Assembly (NCBI GenBank): GCA_951406725.2
Contig: OX597814.1
Coordinates: forward strand, 18,290,001 to 18,354,000
Length of the DNA: 64,000 nt
Direction: 5' to 3'
Origin: Octopus vulgaris
Lineage: Eukaryota
The notes beneath the pieces were generated by a model. The model was given only the letters and a program-made list of their open reading frames with translations. It ran no database searches and was not told the origin of the DNA. This document shows positions 52,461 through 64,000 of the stretch, in pieces; position 1 is the stretch's first letter; each line of letters begins with the position of its first letter. The translations under genes and the position numbers were made by a program.

Positions 52461-52846
52461 ATGTATCTATGTTTTTATGTATACATTAGTGTCTCAGTCT
52501 GATATATCACAATACCATTTCTTTGCATTTTCAAAATTTCAGAAAATTTCACTTCACTCGAAATTATATATATATTGACACTACGTGGGCTCCTTTTGAT
52601 CTTTATTATCCCTCTAGAAATTCCGACAATTCTAAACGCTTAGAAAGTCCGTTTCCTGTTTCTAAATGCTATGTTTGTTTTTGTTTTTTGTTTGTTTCTC
52701 TGTTTCAATCACAGGACAGGTATTCATATAAACTATAAGATTAAGTTTCCATAAATATTTTCCTCATATTTCCCTTCTACTCGACATTTTATGATGATTT
52801 TTATTAGCCGCAAACAAAAAAAAAACCATGAGATTTCAATTGTATA

Positions 52847-53282
52847 GGCGCAGGAGTGGCTGTGTGATAAGTAGCTTGCTTACCAACCACACGGTTCCGG
52901 GTTCAGTCCTACTGCGTGGCACCTTGGGCAAGTGTCTTCTGCTATAGCCTCGGGCCGACCAATGCCTTGTGAGTGGATTTGGTAGACAGAAACTGAAAGA
53001 AGCCTGTCGTATATATGTATATATATATATATATATGTGTGTGTGTATGTGTGTGTATATGTTTGTGTGTCTGTGTTTGTCCCCCCCACCATCGCTTGAC
53101 AACCGATGCTGGTGTGTTTACGTCCCCGTCACTTAGCGGTTCGGCAAAAAGAGACCGATAGAATAAGTACTGGGCTTACAAAGAATAAGTCCCGGGGTCG
53201 ATTTGCTCGACTAAAGGTGGTGCTCCAGCATGGCCGCAGTCAAATGACTGAAACAAGTAAAAGAGTAAAAAGAGCAAAGAGT
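52847..53282 (+). mobile_element. SINE family B
   Basis: Full copy. Confidence 0.93.
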
Positions 53283-53406
53283 ATGTAGAGAGAGGATAAA
53301 TGTTTCTTGAAAGACTTCCTTTTATAAATGTTTTGTATATTTGTGGTAGTTATTCGTATATGTGTATCTAGTTTATGATCGAATATGTTGCATTTGTCAA
53401 TGTGAT

Positions 53407-53826
53407 TACTCTTTTTACTCTTTTACTTGTTTCAGTCATTTGACTGCGGCCATGCTTGAGCACCGCCTTTAGTCGAGCAACTCGACCCCCGGGACTTATT
53501 CTTTTGTAAGCCCAGTACTTATTCTATCGGTCTCTTTTGCCGAACCGCTAAGTTACGGGGACGTAAACACACCAGCATCGGTTGTCAAGCAATGCTAGGG
53601 GGACAAACACAGACACACAAACATATACACGCACACTTATATATATATATATACATATATATACGACGGGCTTCTTTCAGTTTTCGTGTACCAAATCCAC
53701 TCACAAGGCTTTGGTCGGCCCGGGGCTATAGCAGAAGACACTTGCCCAAGATGCCACACAGTGGGACTGAACCCGGAACTATGTGGTTGGTTAGCAAGCT
53801 ACTTACCACACAGCCACTTCTGCGCC
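53407..53826 (-). mobile_element. SINE family B
   Basis: Full copy, tail-to-tail with the previous one. Confidence 0.93.
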
Positions 53827-54551
53827 TATTTGTTGTGTATTTAGTTATACGTGTGCGTATGTGGCCGTATTTGCGTACGTTTATGTAAAAGTATAAGACA
53901 TTGTATGTATGTAAGAGTGAGTAACGTGTGTGTTTGTTTCTGCATTACTGTGTGGAGTATATTTGGCAGAGAGGTTTTCCGTATATTACTATGAATACAG
54001 AGCATTGGATATGCCTATATAAATATTTATTTAAGCTTATACGTATTCATACATATATTTAAGCACATGTAATTAGATATGTATGTCCTTGTACGGCATT
54101 AAGAATACAGCTGTATTAAATACATCATAAATTTCGAATAATTAAAATCATCACTTCCTATACAGAACGTATCACAAGTACCAAATAGTTATTTGGAGAG
54201 GGAGATAATATCATATATTTTCATATGATAATATCATAATATGATATATTATCATATTCTTAAATTAGCATGATATCATAATATCATATATTATCATATA
54301 AGAGAGGGAGATTAGATCGTGAATCCAGAGTGGATATCAAATGACAATCGTACGGACTTGTTTCTGCCTCAGCCTGCGTCATCATATATGATTGCTAAAA
54401 TTGCGTGTTTTGGGATTTGACATCTCGTTATTAATGAAAATATTTATATTATACGCAATTCACAGCCTAAATTAGAAGGATTAAATACATGTAAAATAAT
54501 CGATACCCTAAGAGTGAGAGAAATATAATAATGTAAAGTCCGTAGATATAC

Positions 54552-54953
54552 GGCGCAGGAGTGGCTGTGTGGTAAGTAGCTTGCTAACCGAACCACATGG
54601 TTCCGGGTTCAGTCCCACTGCGTGGCATCTTGGGCAGGTGTCTTCCGCTATAGCCCCGGGCCGACCAAAGCCTTTTGAGTGGATTTGGTAGACGGAAACT
54701 GAAAGAAGCCTATCGTATATATGTATATATATATGTGTGTGTTTGTGTGTCTGTGTTTGTCCCCCTAGCATTGCTTGACAACCGATGCTGGTGTGTTTAC
54801 GTCCCCGTCACTTAGCCGTTCGGCAAAAGAGACCGATAGAATAAGTACTGGGCTTACAAAGAATAAGTCCCGGGGGTCGATTTGCTCGACTAAAGGCGGT
54901 GCTCCAGCATGGCCGCAGTCAAATGACTGAAACAAGTAAAGAGAAAAGAGAGT
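54552..54953 (+). mobile_element. SINE family B
   Basis: Full copy. Confidence 0.93.
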
Positions 54954-55387
54954 ATATGGTCAATAAACACTAAAAAGAACACACGTATACGCATGCGTGT
55001 AGAAATGAAAAATTAATGTACATACATAGGCATAAATGATTTAAACAAATATATATTCCATGCATGAATACCTACATCTATAACTTTATACTTAATTGTG
55101 TAGATATAGTTTTTATTGCGGTTTCAAAGTGCTACGACTTTCAGCAACAGTAAAAGTTATAATAACAGGCAACATATTCTGCAAAACTGCTTTGCTAACT
55201 TCAAGTCTTTTGGAATTAGTCTTTGTAACTAATATTAACAACTGTTTCTTTAAAGATTGTAGAATTGTAGAATTTAAAATCACTGCTTCATATTCTTAGA
55301 TTACTTTACCCAAATATACCGAGTTAAAATATTTATACGCATTCTTCACTGAACACATTGTTTGCGCGTGCATGTGTGTACACATGG

Positions 55388-57052
<1,665 letters not shown>

Positions 57053-57431
57053 GAATTACGTATGTAGGTATGTATGACGTGTTCTTTCGCTCATGTTTTT
57101 CAGGAACTCGTATTATGAACCATGTTGCTAGTACTGCAGCTGCTGTTGTTGTTGTTGTTGTTATTGCCTGTGATCATGATGAAAATGTTGCATATAATCA
57201 TACTGACTTCTTAATAATAATATTGATGGTAATGACGTAGGTAGAAGAAGTCAAATGACTTATAAATCATGATGCGGTCGTAGAAGGCGATGGAGACTTT
57301 GAGAATGCAATGGAATTAGGTTTTTAGTAAAAATTTGGATGAGAGGAAATAGGACGAAAGGAACTGATGTAAAAACAAAAGCAAGGATGATGAGGGTAGG
57401 CGGAAATATGGGAAGGCGAAGGTGAAGACGT

Positions 57432-58015
57432 AGGAGAAGAAGAAGGAGAGGAAGAAGAAGAAGAAGAAGAAGAAGAAGAAGAAGAAGAAGAAGAAGAAGA
57501 AGGAGAGGAAGAAGAAGAAGAAGAAGGAGAAGGAGAGGAAGAAGAAGAAGAAGAAGAAGAAGAAGGAGAGGAAGAAGAAGAAGAAGAAGAAGGAGAGGAA
57601 GAAGGAGAAGGAGAGGAAGAAGAAGAAGAAGGAGAGGAAGAAGAAGAAGAAGAAGAAGAAGGAGAGGAAGAAGAAGAAGAAGAAGGAGAAGAAGGAGAGG
57701 AAGAAGAAGAAGAAGAAGAAGAAGGAGAGGAAGAAGAAGAAGAAGAAGAAGAAGAAGAACAGCAACAACAACAACAACAACAAGAGGATAGGGTCGTGAT
57801 GATGATGATGATGATAATGAAGTCTTATTATTATTATTATTATTATTATTATCAGTAGTAGTAGTAGTGGTGGTGGTGGTGGTGGTGGTGGTGGTGGTGG
57901 TATTGGTGGTGGTGGTGGCGGCGGCGGTTGTGGTGGTGGTAGTAGTAGTAGTTGTAGTAGTAGTAGTAGTAGTAGGAAGGAGAAGAAGCGGAGGAGGAGG
58001 AGGTGGAGGAGGAAT
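57432..58015. repeat. (GAA)n with periodic GGAGAG interruptions, followed by CAA/GAT/TTA/TGG/TAG runs
   Basis: Directly visible; a ~330-bp pure purine tract. Confidence 0.95.
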
Positions 58016-58566
58016 ATGATTAACGAAGTCAATGTAAATTCTGTATCACGCAATAAAACTAATTTTTAGAAAAAGAGTCAGATTGAAACTTTAAAAAAAA
58101 AAAAATCATGCGAACATTTTATATAAAATTATTGCAATGTTAAAATATTTGCTTGCGTTCTAGATATGAGAAAGAAAAAAAAAACTGAAGTATGCAAGAG
58201 ATAAAATCAGTCACCAGCGTTGTCATTATCAGCAGCAGCAGCAACATCCTCGTCATTACCTCTATCATCATCATCATGATCACCATCGTCGTCACCATCT
58301 CCATATCATCAAAATCATTACCTCCATCCTCCTCATCAATATCATTACCACTATCGTCATCATCATCATTATCATCGTCAATGATATCTTCTTTGTCACA
58401 GAACCAACTGTTTGGGGAGAGTACAAATTATCTCAAATTCAAGCTATATTCCAACAGAACGTGACCTAGAACGTGACCTAGATTCGAACTTGTATTTGTC
58501 GCTAAATATTTTTATCCAATCATTCATCTTGATCGTATTGGTATTATTACCAATGAAATAAAATAC

Positions 58567-59673
58567 TTTTTTCTACTCTAGGCACAAGGCCCGAAAAGTT
58601 TGGGGAAGAGACCAGTCGATTAGGTCGATACAGCACGCAACTGATACTTAATTTATCGACCCTGAAAGGATGAAAGGTAAAGTCGACCTCGACGGAATTT
58701 GAACTCAGAGCGTAAAGACCGACGAAATACGGCTACGCATTTCGCTCGGCGTGCTAACGTTTCTACCAGCTGGCCGCCTTCTGGCAGACGAAATACCTAT
58801 ATCTTTACTACCCACAAGGGGCTAAACACAGAGAGGACAAACAAGGACAGACATAGGTATTAAGTCGATTACATCGACCCCCAGTGCGTAGATGGTACTT
58901 AATTTATCGACCCCGAAAGGATGAAAGGCAAAGTCGACCTCGGCGGAATTTGAACTCACAACGTATCGGCAGACGAAATACTGCAAAGCATTTCGCCCGG
59001 CGTGCTAATGTTTCTACCAGCTCGCCGCCTTCTGGCAGACGAAATACCGTTAAGCATTTCGCCTGGTATACTAACGTTTCTTATTTCTTTATTGCCCACA
59101 AGGGGCTAAACATAGAGGGGACAAAGAAGGATAAACAAAAGGATTAAGTCGATTACATCGACCCCAGTGCGTAACTGGTACTTAATTTATCGACCTCGAA
59201 AGGATGAAGATAAAGTTGATTTCGTCCGGTGTACTAAAGTTTCTACCAGCTCATCACTTTAATGAAATTAGTTATTTTTTTCTACTCCAGGTACAAGGCC
59301 CGAAATTTTAGGTGAGGGGACCGGCTGATTAGATCGAACACTGTACGCAACTCGTGCTTAATTTATCGACACAGAAAGGATGAAAGGCAATGTCGACATC
59401 GGCAGAATTTGAACTCAGAACGTAAAGACAAAAGAAATACTTATTTCTTTACTACCCACAAGGGGCTAAACACAGAGGGGATAAACAAGGACAGACAAAC
59501 GGATGAAGTCTATTATATCGACCCCAGTGCGTAACTAATACTTATTTAATCGACCCCGAAAGGATGAAAGGCAATATCGACCTCGGCGGAATCTGAACTT
59601 TGTACGTAGCGGCAGAGGAAATACCGCTTAAGCATTTCTCCCGGTGTGCTAACGTTTCTGCAAGCTCACCGCT
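58567..59673 (-). mobile_element. head-to-tail cluster of ~5 SINE family A units
   Basis: Repeated bodies, both tail types, and duplicated head segments (gccgccttctggcagacgaaatacc twice). Confidence 0.88.
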
Positions 59674-59960
59674 TTAATGAAATTAAATATGAAGAAAGCA
59701 ATTGGTGAATACGATGTCTGTCAGAAAAGTAACGGGGTTGGTGTCGCAAACAATTTATTTCGATTTCAAACAACAAACCCCACGGTTTCCCTCGAACACG
59801 GGAATGTTTTCAGCTAGAAATAGCATCAAATTATCTTTTCATTCGTATCCTAGAACCATAAAAAGGAATAGCACTTTAAATGAAATAAAGTCACATTTGG
59901 TCGTAGTTCTGCTTGACTGTGGGCAGTTTCCTAGCTAACCACCTACAATATAATTACTGT

Positions 59961-60793
59961 TCTTTTATTCTTTTATTCTTTTATTTGTTTCAGTCACTTG
60001 ACTACGGTCATGCTGGAGCACCGCATTTAGTCGAACAAATCAACCCTAGAACTAATTCTTTCTAAGCTTAGTACTTATTCTAGCGGTCACTTTTGTCGAA
60101 CCGCTACGTTACGGTGACGTTAAACGCACCAGCATCGGTTGTCAAGCGATGGTAGGGGACAAACACACATACAACAATGCACACACATACACACACACAC
60201 ACCCACACACACACACGCGCATGTATATATACGGCGGGTTTCTTTCAGTTTTCGTCTACCAATTACACTCACAAGGCTTTGGTCGGCCCAAAGTTATAGT
60301 AGAAGACACTTGCCGAAGGTGCAACGCAGTGAGACTGAACCTGGAACGATGTGGTTGGTAAGCAAGTTATTTACCAAAAGCCAGTCTTGCGCCTGAATAT
60401 ACCAACAATGTTGAAGTTGTGGTACTGCGTCGATACCATCAAACATAGTACCTGATCATAATTTCACTTTAATTATACTGGAAGCATAAAAGGTGAAGCT
60501 GACATCGATATTGGACTCCGAACGTAAAGAATCGGAAGAAATATCGCAATGTTTTCAGTTAGGTGCCTTGATGTTACTTAGCACAAGTTCACCTCCCCAT
60601 TCGAGCAGAGTTTTTCTTATCAAGAGATCAGTAAGCCTAGTACTTATTCTATCGACTTCTTTTGCTGAACCGCTAAGTCACAGGGACGTAAACACACCAC
60701 CATCGGTTGTCAAGCGATGGTAGGGGGACAAACACACACACAAATATATATATACATTTATATACATATATATATATACATACATATATATAC

Positions 60794-60858
<65 letters not shown>

Positions 60859-60925
60859 TATTTATATACATATATATATATACATACATATATATATATA
60901 TAATATATATATACACATATATATA

Positions 60926-60982
<57 letters not shown>

Positions 60983-61794
60983 TAACGGGTTTCTTTTCAG
61001 TCTTCATCTGTCAAATCTACTCACAAGGCTTTGGTCGGCCCGAGGCTATAGTAGAAGACACTTGCCCAAAATGCCACACATTTGAACTGAATCCGAATTC
61101 TGCGCCTGTGAAATTTATGGAATATTGTGACGTTTTAATACCGAAATTTGTAGCAGTTCGATCGATCGATCACGGATATATTTCTTTACTAGCTAATTTA
61201 GTTAGTAATGAAGTACAGTTGTAGTTAATGTACTGTATAAAATTAATGCAGAGAAATAGAGATGCTCTTTCTGGAGACGTTGCACATATATATTTGAGGA
61301 CCGAGACTAATTATTAAATCTTTATCTTGTACCTTCTACTTGCTTTAGTCATTAGACTGCAGCCACGCTTGTGCACCGCCTTAGCAAAATTTTGGTCGAA
61401 CGACTCGACTCCATTAAATATCTTTTTAAACCTGGTACATATATTCTATCGGTGTCCTTCGCAGCACCGCTAACTTATGGGGACATAAACTTACCGACAC
61501 CGGTTGTCAGAGTGATGTGTGTTACAAAAACAGATACAAAGATACAGGCACACATACACACACACATGCTCACACATATATACGTGTTTGTGTGTGTGTG
61601 TGTATGTGTGATGAGTGTGTGCGTGCGTGCGTTGCGATATCCTTCTTCCAGTACCGTCCACCAAATCCACTCACAAGAATTCGATCGGCCCAAGACTAGA
61701 GTAGAAGACATGCTGAAGTTTCCCCTCAGTAGGACTGAACCCAGAACTTTGTGGTTAGGATGCAGTCTGCTTACCACAGAGCCACACCAGCGCC
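59961..61794 (-). mobile_element. three diverged family B copies (59961-60393, 60631-61106, ~61330-61794)
   Basis: Colinear with family B, with varying divergence. Confidence 0.8.
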
Positions 61795-61825
61795 TTTGTT
61801 AATGTTTCTACATAATTTCTTGATA

Positions 61826-61998
61826 TGGAAGCACTCCGTCGGTTACGACGACGAGGGTTCCGGTTGACCCGAATCAACTGAACAGCCTGCTCGGTATTTT
61901 CGCTCAAAAAACACTCACAACGCCCGGTCTGGGAATCGAAACAGCGATCCTATGACCGCGAGTCCGCTGCCCTAACCACTGGGCCATTACGCCTCCAC
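61826..61998 (-). mobile_element. SINE family C with internal deletion
   Basis: Head and tail are fused; flanking ttgatat is duplicated. Confidence 0.85.
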
Positions 61999-62447
61999 TT
62001 GATATACATTTCTTGATATACATTATCTGTGAAAAGACAAGGGTTTTTAAGCTTCATAATAGTAATGATAGTATTTGTAATCTTTGACTAATAAGTTATT
62101 TACAATTTCATAGGCAGAGAAGTAAGGGTACCCTTCACACATTTCAGCGCGTCCAAAGAAGCTATTTTCAGATCAGAAACCTGTGCGACTGCTTGCAAAA
62201 GATTGGGCATTTATCGCAATAAGTGATAAATGGCTAGGTGGTAACGTTAAACCGTTTGACGGATTAGGTCCCTTAATGGACTCTAGCTTATGGTAGTATT
62301 TGTTACTATTGTGTTTATTACTTTTCGTTTTGTCATATTAATCAGATGAGTTTGAAAAGATGTGAGCTCAAATAATTACTCGAAGAATCAACGTTCTAGA
62401 AAAGTCCGTCTTGATGATACAGAACAAGTGTTTTGTGATCCAATTTG

Positions 62448-62862
62448 ACTCTTTTTTTTTTTTTTTTTTACTTGTTTCAGTCATTTGACTGCGGCCATGC
62501 TGGAGCACCGCCTTTAATCGAGCAACTCGACTCCGGGACTTATTCTTTTGTAAGCCCAGTACTTATTCTATCGGTCTCTTTTGCCGAACCGCTAAGTAAC
62601 GGGGCCATAAACACACCAGCATCGGTTGTCAAGCAATGCTAGGGGGACAAACACAGACACACAAACACACACACGCATATATATAAATATACATATATAC
62701 GACGGGCTTCTTTCAGTTTCCGTCTACCAAATCCACTCACAAGGCTTTGGTTGGCCCGGGGCTATAGTAGAAGACACTTGCCCAAGGTGCCACGCAGTGG
62801 GACTGAACCCGGAACCATGTGGTTGGTAGACAAGCTACTTACCACACAGCCACTCCTGCGCC
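62448..62862 (-). mobile_element. SINE family B
   Basis: Full copy. Confidence 0.93.
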
Positions 62863-64000
62863 TATGTGTCCATTTAAAAAAAGTTTGTGGAATATTCGTG
62901 AGAAATTTTACTGAGCTATGAGTATAGCATTAACTGTTATATTAAGATTTCTTTATAAATACAATGAGCAATTTTTGTTCAGTAGGATGTTATGTTCAAC
63001 TTAAATGACATCAATATTTCCTAGTATTATGATGAGCAACGTATGGGAGTCAACAAGCCCCAGCTGAGTGTGCAAAATGCATTAATTTCTCACCTGACCA
63101 ACGTTCTAAAGTTATATGGCCTTAAAATATTCCGAAACCTCTGAACTACATTCCCTGAAGTATGCATTTTTAGTGCTTATTCATATATTTCTAAATATTT
63201 GATAAGAATTTAAATTAGATAGGAAACAATTTATTATAAATATCTAAACGAATTTCAAATGAGATAACTGACGATTCGAATTTTAAAACACATAAGATAT
63301 ATAATTTTCTCTCAACTCAGTAGGATACGAAGAGGAATTCATGAAAATTTTAGATTATTTTGCTCGAGATAAATAGCATGCATTAAATTACACTCCAATT
63401 AAAAAGAAATTCACTTATATTTATAGAGATTTGTGAGAAAATCCTTTACTTTTAGTCGTTTAGAAATAACTTTTTCTTATCACAAAATGTCCAATTTTAA
63501 TAAATGTAAAATTTAGTGGCTCACAGCAACTAATATATTAGTGCCGAGTTAATATTTTATCAATTTATTCAAGAAAAAGGAAACTACTTATAGTTCTATT
63601 TTAAATATGTACTTCAGACAAACCTAAATACATTAGCTTATTTCTTTCGAGATGGGATCACTTATATAATTGCCCGTAAAACTTTAACATACTTAACAAT
63701 GTCACCCAGATGCAAATATTTTCCCTTAACTTTCATATGCACAGAATGGTTTCTAAATCACTATGGGGAATGGCAGATACTACAAATTAGTGTGGAAAAT
63801 ATATGGTGACAATGACTAACTAGGAGTAATGAAACACACTAAGCACTAATATTGTGATATTATGTATGCTATTGACACCTCCCCTTCTATCTTCATGTAG
63901 GATCTTTAACGCACATTTTTTCAGTAACGCACTAAATGCATTTATGCATATATAATTAACTTACAATTCATGGTGAACAACATCAGTCAGCTACATATGG

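Noticed and set aside
57316-58053. 245-aa Phe/Pro/Leu-rich ORF
   Set aside because: Entirely trinucleotide microsatellites.

Overview
AT-rich, repeat-dense animal genomic DNA, probably intronic or intergenic. The microsatellite load and three abundant tRNA-headed SINE families (called A, B and C here) resemble octopus or coleoid cephalopod DNA; this is from recall and was not checked against a database. I find no intact protein-coding gene, and nearly all listed ORFs are microsatellite or SINE artefacts. Recognisable elements are a complete but inactivated Tc1 transposon (DD34E, IR/DR type) inside a SINE, a decayed mariner, Helitron and Helentron-type elements, R4/Dong-like, RTE and CR1-like LINE relics, more than 30 SINE copies (many with target-site duplications, TSDs) and an exact 10 x 213-bp tandem array. 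The most unusual signal is a set of short non-coding elements at 16-35 kb with type I minimal hammerhead-ribozyme motifs: a tRNA-headed SINE, a 364-bp permuted retrozyme-like unit, and an inverted-repeat element whose arm begins at the predicted cleavage site. SINE family A also recurs as head+(body)n multimers with a fixed junction. A few unique islands have splice-site-like borders and may be exons of a host transcript.
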